Origin: Torpedo marmorata
Taxonomy: Eukaryota
Reading direction: 5' to 3'
NCBI GenBank assembly: GCA_977017645.1
Contig: OZ360245.1
Coordinates: 37,820,001-37,884,000 of the forward strand
DNA: 64,000 nucleotides
Position 1 is the first letter of the stretch. Each line of letters begins with the position of its first letter. The position numbers and the translations under genes are program-made. The notes under the pieces are model-generated. The model was not told where the DNA came from, searched no databases, and saw nothing but the letters and a program-made list of their open reading frames with translations. Of the stretch, positions 12,975 to 25,094 are shown one piece after another.

Positions 12975-14389
12975 CTAGCATGTGAATTTGAAGTCAAGTA
13001 GATGGGTTTACAATTAGCAAATTCCTTTATCATCATTTCTATCCATCAATACTTCTCACCAATCATAATGGTGAAAAGACAAGGTGCTATTGTGACTCAT
13101 ATTTATTGGCTACAGCTATTTCAATCTCTTATAATTGCAGGTAATTGACAGAGGCTGGGTGAGAATGCTGCTTTGCCAATAAACAGAAATAGCTCCTGTT
13201 CCTTTGTAATCTAGTGACTGCATGCAGAAAATCAGGCCCCGGGGGAATAATCTGCTACTTGCCCTAACAGAAGTTGCAAATGTAGAAAAGCTCCACTGAT
13301 GAAAGTAGCTGTCAAATTAGAAAATTAGAGAGACTGGAAGTTGTAATATGTATTGTTATGAGAAATAATGTAGCTTGTGTTCACACTACCCTGACCCAGC
13401 TCCATCCATCTTTCTCAGTTTGCATTTTAATTGGCTTCTAGTTATGTTTTTAAAACATTGGGAGACTGCTGACATACACAGTGTAATGGCATCTGAATAA
13501 TTGATGGTGCTGGCTGGGATAGAGTTTTGTATTCATGCATTGAGAAGAGAGTGGAAGAATACAGGAAGATATTGCAAGTGAGGGTTAAATGATTCCACCA
13601 CAACAGATCTATTGAGTGGTTTGCAGAGTAAGAACACTGCCTTGTTTTAATCTTGTCAGCAATGAAGCCAAGTTAATTTTTCCAATTAAATTGTTGGGGA
13701 AGAAAGCCATGGTGAGTGTCCGCGCATCCAATTATTTTTGAATTTTTCCATGATTCTTTTTAAACGTTCCAATCAATTCCTTTTGGACAGGATCGGCTAA
13801 AGCATTTTGTTCATCCTTAGTCATAAATTCCCTCTGCATTACTTGGTGCCAGAGGAATAGTTACATTTATAAGCAGATTTTGAATCCAGATAAATGTGAC
13901 AAAATTTGTGTTGACAAAGGATTGATTTGACGTGAAAGGTTCTTTAATTTCCATTCAACCCTTTTAATGGTTGATTATTTTATTGGCAGTTTCATTTACC
14001 TTCTTAAACTTTTAAGGAAGAGTAGATGAATTCTAACCTCGAGTTTCTGCTCTCTTTGGAAGCAGACTGAGGTTTATTTTACAGTGGACCTTTGACATTA
14101 TTTCTTGGAGAGAGGAGCCTTCCATTTGGTTGCTCTCACTTTGGTTTGAACTGGGATCCAAAACTGTGAGGATCAGCTGGTATGACTGCCAAATCCTCGA
14201 TAGGCATTGATATGAATGGAGCTTTTTTAATGAAAGTCCTGTCTTTTTTAAAAAAAAACAAGAAATGTAAGTTCATCTTGGGAGAAAAGATGAGAAATAA
14301 AATTATATTTTCTCTCTCACTTGCTCTTTCTCTCCCTCTTACACTTACACACGCACACACACATGCGCACATATACACCCCTACTCCTT

Positions 14390-17300
14390 GTGGTCATTCC
14401 CCTCACCAATAAGTATACTGTTTTGGATACTATTGAGAACGATCTACCAGGGACAAGCTGTAGTGGTGATGTCTTGGGCACAGACTCTGGCCCTTTGGCT
14501 CAGAAGGGAAGGGAGAAGAAGAGGAGAGCTGTAGTGATAGGGGATTCATTAGGGGAACAGATAAGAGGTTCTGTGGATAAGATCAAGACTCTCGATTGAT
14601 ATGTTGCCTCCCAGGTGCCAGGATCAGGGATGTCTCAGATCAAGTCCACAGCATTCTCAAGTTGGAGGGTGGTCCACGTTGGTACCAATGACATGGATAG
14701 GAAAAGGGATGTCCTGAAGAGTGAATATAGGGAATTTGGAAGGAAGCTAAAAAGCAAGACCTCAAGGGTGGTAATCTCTGGATTGCTGCCTGTGCCACTT
14801 GCCAGTAAGGTCAGGAATAGGAAGTTATGGCAGGAGAATGCGTGGCTGAAGAGTCGGTGCAGAGGGCAGGGGTTCAGGTTTGTGGATCATTGGAATCTCT
14901 TCCGGGGAAGATATGACCTGGACAAAAAGAACGGGTTGCACTTGAACTGGAGGGGGACCAATATCCTGGCAGGCAGATTTTCTAGAGCTGTTGGGGAGGG
15001 TAAACTAGTTTGGCAGGGGAATCGGAACCAGAATGAGAGGGCAGTGAATAGGGCAGATGACACACAAGTAGATGAACTGTGTAGTGCGATTGTCAGGAAG
15101 GATAAGCAGTCAATAGTGCAAAATTGTAAGCGTAAGATTAAGGATTTAACTTGTGGTACTTTGGAAAGGGTGATGAATGCAGCACTGAAGGTCTGGTATT
15201 TAAATGACCGCAGTATAAAAAATATGGTTGATGAACTTGCAGAGCAGCTGTAACTTGGCAGGTATGATGTTGTGGGCATCACTGAGTCATAGCTGAAGAT
15301 TACAGCTCGGAACTAAATATCCAAGGATGCACTGTGTATTGCAAGGACAGGCAGGTAGGTTCTTTGGGGGAGAGGGGCGGTGGTTCTGTTAGTAAAAAAA
15401 AATTGAATCAAATCTTTGGAAAGAGAAGACATTGGATTGGAATATCTAGATTCAATGTGGTTAGAATTAAGACTCTGTAAGGGTGTAAAAACCCTGGTGG
15501 AAGTTGTATACAGGTCTCCCAACGGTAGCCAGTATGTGACGTGAAAATTACAGTGGGAGATATAAAAGCATGCAAAAAGGGCAATGTTACAATAGTCATG
15601 GGAGATTTCAATATGCAGGTTAATTGGGAAAACCAAGTTGGTGCTGGATCCCAAGAGAAGGAATTTATAGAATGCCTTGGGCATGGCTTTTTAGGACTTG
15701 TGGCTGAGCCGACCAGGAAAATGGCAATTCTGGATTGGGTGCTGTGTAATGAACCAGAGTTGATCAGGGAGCTGAAGATAAAGGAACCCCTATAGGAAGC
15801 AGTGATCATAATATGATAGAATTCACACTGCAGTTTGAGAGGGAGAAACCAAAATCAGAAGTGTCAGTATACCATGGAATAAAGGGGACTACAGAGAGGA
15901 GTAGGCCAAAGTTGATTGGAGGCGAACACTGGCAGGGATGATGATAGAACAGCAGTGGATGGAGTTTCTGAGATTAACTCAGAAGGCACAGAACAAATTC
16001 ATCCCAAGGATGAAGAAGTGTTCTAAAGAGAGGATGAGGAAACTGTGGCTGACAAGGAGGTCAAAGCCAGCATAAAAACAAAAGAGAGGGTGTACAATAT
16101 GGCAAAAATTAGTGAGAAGCAAGAAGAGTGGGAAGCATTTAAAAGCCAATAGAAGGCAACTAAAAAAAGCAATAAGGAAAGAAAAGATTGAAATATGAGA
16201 GGAAGATATTCAGCAGCATTAAAGAGGATGCGAAAGTTTATTGAGGTACATAAAGAGTAAAAGAGAGGTAAGGGTGGACATTGGGCTGCTGGAAAATGAC
16301 ACTGGGGAGATAGTAATGGGGTACAAAGAAATGGCATACGAACTTAATAAGTATTTTGCGTCTGTGTTCATTGTGGAAGACACAAGCAGTGTGCCAGAAG
16401 TTCGTGAGTGTCAAGGAGCAGAAGTTAGTACTACCAAGGAGAAGATGCTGGGAAAGTTGAAAGGTCTGAAGTTGGATAAATCATCTGGATCAGATGAACT
16501 GCACCCCAGAGTTTTGAAAGAGGTAACTGAAGAAATTGTGGAGGCATTGGTAGTGATCTTTCAAGAATTGTTAGGTTCTGGAATGGTTCCGGAGCATTGG
16601 AAAATTGAAAATGTCACTTCACTCTTTAAGAAAGAAGGGGGGTCAAAAGACAGGAAATTATGGGCTGGATAGTCTGACTGGTGGTTAGTAAGATATTAGA
16701 ATCTATTATTAAGGATAAGGTTTCAGTGTTCAGGCACATGGTAAAATAGGTCAAAGTCAGCATAGTTTTATGAAGGGGAAATCTTGCCAAACAAGCCTGT
16801 TGGAATTCTTTGAGGAGATAACAGGAAGGACAGAAAAAGGAGAGTCAGTGGGTGTGGTTTACCTGGAATTTCAAAAGGCCTTTGACAAAGTGCCATACTG
16901 AGGATGCTGAGCAAGATGAGAGCCCATGGTATTACGGGAAAGATACCAGCATCGATAGAAGATTGGATGATTGGCAGGAGGCAGAGTGGGGATAAAAGGG
17001 GCCTTTTCTGGTTGGCTGCCGGTGACCAGTGGTTTTCTGCAGGGCTCGGTGCTGGGGCTGCTTCTTTTCACGTTCTATGTCAATGATTTGGATGATGGAT
17101 TACATGGCTCTGTGGCCAAGTTTGCGGACGATACAAAGATCGGAGAAGGGGCAGATAACGTTGAGAAAGCGCAGAGTCTGTAGAAGGACTGAGATAGGTT
17201 TGGAGATAAGGCAAGGAAATGGCAGATGGAGTACAATGTAGCTCTCTGTATGACCATGCACTTTGGTGGAAGGAATAAAGGTGTAGCCTATTTTCCAAAT

Positions 17301-18266
17301 GGGCAATGTGTTCAGGATTCAGAGTGACTTGGGAGTCCGAGTGCACGATACCCTAAAAGGTCAACTTGTATGTAGTCAGTGGGAAGGAAGGCAAATGGAA
17401 TGCTAGCATTTATTTTGAGAGGGATAGAATATTTTAAATTTAAATTTTAAATTTAGACATACAACACGGTAACAGGCCCTTTCGGCCCATGAGTCCGTGC
17501 CGCCCAATTGACCTACATCCCTGGTTTGAATGGTGGGAAGAAACCAGAGCGCCCGGAGGAAACCCATGCAGACACGGGGAGAACATACAAACTCCTTAGA
17601 GACAGCGCGGGATTCGAACCCAAGTCCCGATCGCTGGCTCTGTAACAGAGTTGCGCTAACTGCTATGCTAACCGTTCCGCCCCTAAAAGCAGGGATGTGA
17701 TGTTGAGGCTTTTTAAGATATTGGTCAGACCACACTTGAAATATTGTGAGCAGTTTTGGGATCCATATTTAAGGAAGGATGTTGGCACTGGAGAGGATCC
17801 AGAGGAGGTTCACAAGGATGATCCCCGGAGTGAAAGGGTTTTCATATGTGAAATGTTTGAATGCTCTAGGATTGTACTCACTGTAGTTTAGAAGAATGAG
17901 GAGGGATCTCATTGAAACTTATCGAATACTGAAGGGCTGGATGTGGAGAGGATATTTCCTATGGTGGGGGAGTCTGGGAGCTGAGGGCACAGCATCAGAA
18001 TACAAACATGTCCCTTTAGAACAGAGATCAGAAGGAATTTCTTTACCCAGAGGGTGGTGACTTTGTGGAATTCGTTGCCGCGGACGGCTGTAGAGGCCAA
18101 GTCATTGGGATATTTAAGGTGGAGGTGGATATATCCTTGATCAGGGAGGGAATCAAGGGTTTCAGGGAAAAGGCAGGAGAATGGGATTGAAAAGGATAGT
18201 AAATCAGCCATGATGAGCAGATGATGAGCCGAATGGTCTAATTCCACTCCTGTTTTGTGGTCTTAT
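14390..18266 (+). mobile_element. Long CR1 LINE pseudogene: ORF1 SGNH esterase plus ORF2 APE endonuclease/RT
   Basis: ORF1 motifs VVIGDS, VVHVGTND, GLHLN. ORF2 motifs VMGDFN, ILDWVLCN, KSSGSDELHPRVLKE, KAFDKV, QGSVLG, FADDTK. Many stops and frameshifts; CR1 3' tail near 18230-18266. Confidence 0.92.
17432..17683 (-). mobile_element. SINE nested in CR1 ORF2
   Basis: Reverse-complement SINE copy interrupting the CR1 coding sequence. Confidence 0.88.
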
Positions 18267-20200
18267 CTGACTCCATGCACAGTCCCAAAGTGTGTTATAA
18301 ACATGAGAATTACACATATACGGTATTTGCAGCTACTTTAAGGAAGTGAAGAGGGTCTGAAAGCATCCATGGAAGATGCGATATTAATCCGTGATCTGGG
18401 GAAGAGAAAAAATGTATCAAAATATGAATGTGTACATCCAACCTAGAGTTTAATAGAATTGAATGGAACTTGACTTGAAGTGTTATATTTTTTTCCTCTT
18501 TCACAATGCTTTCTGAATCTTCAGCTTTATCTCATAAACTCCCACAAATTCCTTTATAAAACTGTTATCAGGTTGGCACATTTTAAGTCCTCAAGCATTA
18601 CTCCCATTTCGAATGTCCATTGAAAAATGAAAGTGGCTAATTTTGGCATTTTTTAATCCTCCTTGTAAGATGTCCTTCTCTTTGACTGCCAAATGCTTTC
18701 AATGTGTTGCATTACCGGGGTACTTGTCATCTAAAGGGAAACTAAGAGCATTTTTTCTTGCCACAAGATTTATGAATATTGATTCCAACAGTGTCAATGC
18801 AGTGATGGTCAATAGGTGCCCTTCCAAAATCACCCCATTTCTAAGAGGGCTCATGGCTTGTTAGAGCATTTCAGTTTGGAAACTTCTGGAGGATGGTGCT
18901 TAACTGTTTATTGCAAACTCTAATGATTGTTTCCAATAGGATCGTGCGCCAATAGGATTTTCTATACCCCTTTAATCTTTGTTGCCATAGCAATGTCAAT
19001 TAGTGTTTAATAGAACAACATTGCTTTGGGTCTTCAGTTCCTGAGAAATGGATTGATTCTGCTAAACACTGGTGAGCAGACATTCATCACATCTGTATGG
19101 ATATGGCTTCACTGAAGTTTATCTGTTTATTGATGTTTGTGCAGTCAGGATAGTGGTGTGCATGTCTGGTCATTAAAACCAACACTTCGACGATCAAAAT
19201 TGATGATGATGTTGCCATGTTTTCTCTTGTCAATTTCCTTTATGAATCTCGGTGGTAAAATTCCAAATGTCTGTGCAGTTTTCATCATTTTCCACTTCTT
19301 AAATGTTCCTTGAACTAAATGAGCCACAAGTTAATTCCTCTTTAAACTTGATAAACTATGTATGAAGTCATGTTTTCATGCTTGATATCTTTATACCGAG
19401 CATTCTGTTTGAAGTGGAACAGTCGATATTCCAAGTTTGCTTTCATTTTCACATACACGAATTGATCATCGATCCATTCATTCGGATGCTGAAAGTTGGA
19501 GATGAAGAGAGAGAATTAAAACACAAAGTGTAAATTTACGGAAAGGTTTGGATAAAAAGCCCACTGTTTGTTGTGGAGAAGGGGTGGGAGGGAGAGCAGG
19601 GTTTGTTGATGACAGGTTTGGTTGTTGGTGGGATTTATTCGGATGTTTCAATTCAGGATTTTGCTTGCCTCTGTTGCACTTTTGATGTGCAGTGTGGAGA
19701 GGGAGAAAAAAGAGTTTCTGTTTAACTCATTTATTGCAACTTCAAGACATGTCAAACCACTTCTTAGTCGATTAGTTGCCTTTTGAGGTGAAATTCAGGC
19801 AAAATCGTTTGAGAGAGGAACAAGGTAAATGCTTCAGGCTATTGACTTTTCATCAGAGCTGTGAGAAGTTGCAGATAACACAGAATTAAGATGCAGATGA
19901 AGGAAGGTTGGGGGGGAGGGTGGGGAGAGAGAGAGAGAGCCAAAACTGTGCAATAGTACATAAGGCAGGAGAGGGCGATGAAGGGGTGAAAGTGCAAGGT
20001 AACAAAAGCTTAGAGAAGATGTAAATCCAGAGCTGAAAGTAGCAAAATAATTTGGAAGGAATGCTGGAATAAAAATGCGAGAATGTTGATTATCTGAAAA
20101 TGTTGGGACAGTATTGTGCAGCAGACTGCAGAATGCCCACTCACAATAAAGCCTCGATAAAGGGATTCAGCTCGAAATGACAACCATTATTTTTTCCCCC

Positions 20201-21081
20201 TGTTATGGACCATGACTGACCATTTGGACTGCGGATGGTCAGCAGGAAGGATGAAGTCTTTTGGAGTATACACTGGGGCCAGGTACTGAAAGAGTTAACT
20301 TCCCCAGCTACTTGGTGTACCCAGACAAGATACATTGTTGCACTCTTGGTGTACCCAGACAGAGAGAGACCAGAGAGAGAGAGACAGACTGTGGACAAGA
20401 TACATTTGTTTCACTTTTGCAAAAAGCAGGTGCAGATTTCTGCAGGAAAAGCAGACAGTTGTAAGTTGCAAAGGCTAGAGTGCACAGCCAGAGAGAAAAG
20501 ACTGGCAGAATAGCACATGGCCTCCTGTCTCAGAGAAATTCTGAGAAAAAGCAACTTCTGTGGAGAACAGGCGTAAGATCAGCGAGACTAGCTGTGAGAT
20601 TCAAGCATACGCCTAAATCAGTGGTATACTGATCTGAACAGACAATCCTTATGAACACCCAAGAAGGGGACGTCATCAGAGAAGAAAACAAGTATTTGTA
20701 AGCATAAACAGTCATTGTCTCTCTCCAACGTTCATTCAGAAGTACTTCTACCAGACACAGAGCTGAAGTTGAAGCCTGAACTCAGAGAGTGAATTTTGTA
20801 GACTGTCTTATCCTTTTTTTTTGACTGACTTGTTTTTTTATGACTGACCTGGGGTTTTTTTTGGGAAAGTTTTTCCATTTTTACATAAGGGTTGGGCACA
20901 GACTGTAATGGTCTGGGCTTTACACACACACACACCTTTTAGATAAGAATAGTGTTTATAGACGTTTATAGTGGGGTTAATTGTTGTGAAATTATATGTT
21001 TAATTGTCTTAATAAATAGTAATTTCAATTTTACCCCTTTTGCATTGCGTCTTCTGTCGTTGCTGGTTTGATTTTGTAACA
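20201..21081 (+). mobile_element. Solo LTR (881 bp)
   Basis: TGTTA...TAACA inverted termini, C-run on both flanks (TSD-like), AATAAA at 21011. A homologous copy lies at 52890-53637. Confidence 0.8.
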
Positions 21082-21696
21082 CCCCCCGTTGATGCTGCTT
21101 GAGTTCATCCAGTGGAGTGTTTTTAACTTAATTGTAATATCTCCAGTAGGTGATTGTTCTTTGAACAGAAGTTGAGCTTTATTGGAATAACATTGGAGGC
21201 CACAGTTGTTGTGGGCTGCAGAATTACAGTGATGAGCAAAGGGAAGTTCAGGGTCACACTTGAGTTCTTCAAGCAGTTACTTTTTTTGGCATTTGGTCTC
21301 CTTATATGGATCACACCATATTGTGATCTGAGATGTTAATTCTGTCACTTTTGTCATAAATTCTGCCTAACCTGCAGACTTTTTACAGCACTTTTCTATG
21401 TTCCCTTTTAATTGTTTTTTGGATGTCCAGCCTCTGCAGTGTGCTGAAGTGAGATCTGTGAACTATTGAGATAACTGAGCTATTCATTTATTTCAGAGCC
21501 AGAAGACTGAAAATCAAACGTTGGTTTGGTCTTCGAATATCTGCTTAAGCCTTGATGTGATTTGAACTTGCTAACTGATGTAGGAGATGTGCCAAAAAAA
21601 TGCAAGCTATCACTGTATTTGTGCATAGCTTTGCTTTTCATTGCTAGTGTTATGAGTTGAAACAATAGAAACATTGAACAGGACAGATCTGCACTA

Positions 21697-22670
21697 CCCT
21701 CATCCTCACCTACCACCCCCTCTGCCTTCCGTGGGGACCGCTCCCTCCGTGACTCCCTCGTGCACTCATCCCTCCCCAACAATCCCCCCTCCGGCACCTT
21801 TCCCTGTGGCTGCAGGAGGTGCAACACTTGCGCCCACACCTCCTCCTCATCCTCACCTACCACCCCCTTTGCCTTCCGTGGGAACCGCTCCCTCCGTGAC
21901 TCCCTCGTGCACTCATCCCTCCCCAACAATCCCCCCTCCGGCACCTTTCCCTGTGGCCGCAGGAGGTGCAACACTTGCGCCCACACCTCCTCCTTCACCT
22001 CGGTCTGGGGCCCCAAACAGGCCTTTCAAGTGAAGCAACACTTCACTTGTGTATCCACAGGACTTATTTACTGCATCCGGTGATCCCTTTGTGGCCTTCT
22101 CTACACCGGAGAGACTGGGCGCAAATTGGGAGATCGCTTCGCTGAGCACCTTCGGACCGTCCGCAACAGTAACAGAGACCTCCCAGTAGCCAACCATTTC
22201 AGTTCTGTGTCACACTCCCACACTCACATGTCTGTCCATGGCCTTATGCACTGTCCCACCAAGACCACCCACAAATTGGAGGAACAACACCTTATTTTCC
22301 GTCTGGGCACTCTCCAGCCAGATGGCATTAACATCGACTTTTCTGGTTTCTGCTAACCTGCTCTCCTCTTCTGCCTCCCCCCTTCCCCTCCCCTTTCCAG
22401 TTCTCCTCCCTCCTTTCCCCCTCCCTTCGCTGAGCCATCCCTCCTCCCCTTGATCTCTGCTGTCCCCTCCCTCCCTTCTCCACCTATCACCTCCTGCCTT
22501 GCCATCACCCCTTCCCCCCCTCCTACTCTTTTGTTTGGACGCCTACCGACATTTTTCCATACTTTGATGAAGGGCTCAAGCCCGAAACAACGGTTATGTA
22601 TTTTTACCTTTGCTATATAAAGGACACTGCTTGACCTGCTGAGTTTCTCCTGCTTTGTGTTTTTACTACA
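21697..22670 (+). mobile_element. Penelope-like element 3' part (GIY-YIG endonuclease and pLTR)
   Basis: CGRRRCNTC linker, LIYCIR...LYTGETGRKLGDRFAEH, LEEQHLIFRLGTLQPDGIN; 147-bp tandem duplication at the 5' end. Confidence 0.9.
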
Positions 22671-23459
22671 GACCTGCAGTATATTTTACTGATATTACTT
22701 GCTTGCTTTGCTGATATGACCAGATAGCAAGTATATCCTTAAATTAGTTGGTGTCATAAGGGACCGGTAAATAAATAAATCAAGACTTGCTCCAAGGCGC
22801 CAGCATTCTCCAACTGAATTGCTAATATCAATTAGGAGCTCAAAGTCTTATCTGCCACAAATACTAGAGTTCCAAAGGAAGACACGGTGTTGAAAAAAAT
22901 ATGGGATTATCAATATTTTCAAGAGTTGGAGAGCATCCATGCATTCCAAATCATTAAATGAAACCTCCAAATCAAGTCATTGATCATTTTATTTGAGATA
23001 AATGGTGTACAGGAAGTAAGGCAAAAATAATCTCAGTCAGTGTTAATTATTTATTGCTGCAGTCTTCATCCATCATATGCTGGATTCTCAGTGCAGTGGT
23101 GGGCAACCTGTTGCTCATCTGACTGACAGCCTCTGTGGGAATCTGAGTCTCACACTTTCCACTTGATCAGAAACCTATTGGCTACCACGGCATTACTGAA
23201 GTGCAATGTGTAAATATCAGTGAGTTGGCCGTACATCACCAAGACCATTCAACAGCCACCATCTGGTACAAAAGATTTTTTAAAAATCCCACTTTTTCTT
23301 TTGCCGAGCAATGAGTGGCGCAGTGACATGTAAGGGTGCAATGCATTTATGGCTTTGTGCAGTGCAATTATGACTGTATAAAATGCATCTATTTTACTCC
23401 CTGTGGCAATCTCTTGTTTAAGTGTTTAAGTCATAACATTGTGGTTGAATGTTCACCAT

Positions 23460-23735
23460 CACCAGTTTCAGGAACAGATGCTACCCCTCCTCCATCCTCA
23501 CAATTAACTCAATCAGGGACTCATTTAAGGACTCTTACTTTTGCACTTTATTGATTTTTTTTCCTCTCAGTTTGTTGACATTTCTTTATTTGTTTACATG
23601 TGTATGTTGTGTACAGTTTTTTTTTTGCACTGCCATTAAGTGGTAATTCTGCCTCGCTAGCAGGAAAAATAATCTCAGGGTTGCATGTGATGTCATACAG
23701 TGTATGTACTCTGACAATAAATCTAAACTCTGAAC
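23460..23735 (+). mobile_element. Rex-like LINE 3' tail
   Basis: Matches the reverse complement of 7988-8300. Confidence 0.8.
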
Positions 23736-25094
23736 TTAGATGAACAGAGGCTAACCAGTGGAAAAGAGGGTGTCCAGGTCTTTTGGCCTCCTTTTCCGGA
23801 TCATCTAGGGTTCAAGGTGGTCCAGTTATACGTCATAATTTACATCCATCTGAACATACTGATGTGGCCATAAGTTTCACATCTCATCAGAAAGATGACT
23901 TCCATTAATGCAGCACTAGATTGGATGCTTAGGTGCTGGTTTGCAGCTGGAATCCAAGAATTTTGGTTCAGTGCTGCCTCTGAGCCAAGATGATACTTCA
24001 TGTAATCTTTGTTATGCAGCCAAGAACAAGCTAATCATAAGCCTGATCACCACAAGTATCCCAATAACTTGATTTTGAAATGTTACTTAAAAAGCCCTTT
24101 CATGTGTGAGGTTGTAATTTAATTTGTTGCCTGTTGGCCAACAGCTTTCGTGTTTGGTACTCCAGTGAAATGCTTCAGAATGTTTGTCATGTATGGACTC
24201 TGACAATAAATGAGAATGTTTGTCATGTATATACTCTGACTTGTGATGTCATGTATGTACTCTGACAATAAATCTGAAATCTATTTATTGTACACACTCC
24301 TTTGTATACCTCAATAACCGGCCAGCATCCAGCATGATAAAATAGACAACTTTCTGGATTTTATTTTGTGTTTTGGGTATATCAACACGAAAATGCTAAA
24401 AACACTAAAAGAAAGACGCTTTTCTTTTTTTGATTTCAAAATGAAATGGCTTCCAGTGGCATCTTTCCAGATTAATTAGAAATTAGTCAGAGATTCTGTT
24501 TTTGGTGAGATTAAGGCATAAATAGGTACACTCTACTTGGAACCCAAGCAATGTGTAAACACTTGCTTGTTAATATTCTAAGTAATAAACTCAACTGTTG
24601 TTTTGTTAATTGTGCTTAATTTGCAGCACCGATTAATAAGCCTTCTACACTGGGATAAGTTCTCAGGAATGTTTTTGTTCTTTTTATTTCTTCCATGAGA
24701 TTGGAACAGTGTTGATGGATGAACCAGATTTGAAATGTCCTACAATATTGCATTTAAAAGGCCTTCGGATACTTATGAGATATTTTCAGTCAGGTGGCAA
24801 TAGAAAACAAGAAAATTGATGAACATCCTCCGAATTTCCATCTAATTTTCAGTGATTTAGACAGAGGCATCCCCTGAATGGCACATATTCAGATGTAGGA
24901 TTTGGGTGATTGAAAGTCAGCCTGATATGTAAACTATCTTATCGTTACCATAGAGAAAACAGTGTGAGAAGATGCTGAGTTGCAATGTCACACAGCCTTC
25001 CTGTTGTTGATGATTAATACTAAATATAATTAATTCATCTTGAGGCAATCCCATTTTCTCCTGTGGTACACTGTGTCTCCAGATAGTCATCTGT

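Noticed and set aside
21480-22033. Repetitive 178-aa and Pro-rich ORFs
   Set aside because: Alternative frames of the duplicated Penelope segment.
24180-24280. Triplicated TGTCATGTAT..ACTCTGAC
   Set aside because: Stuttered end of the Rex-like LINE tail seen at 23690-23735.
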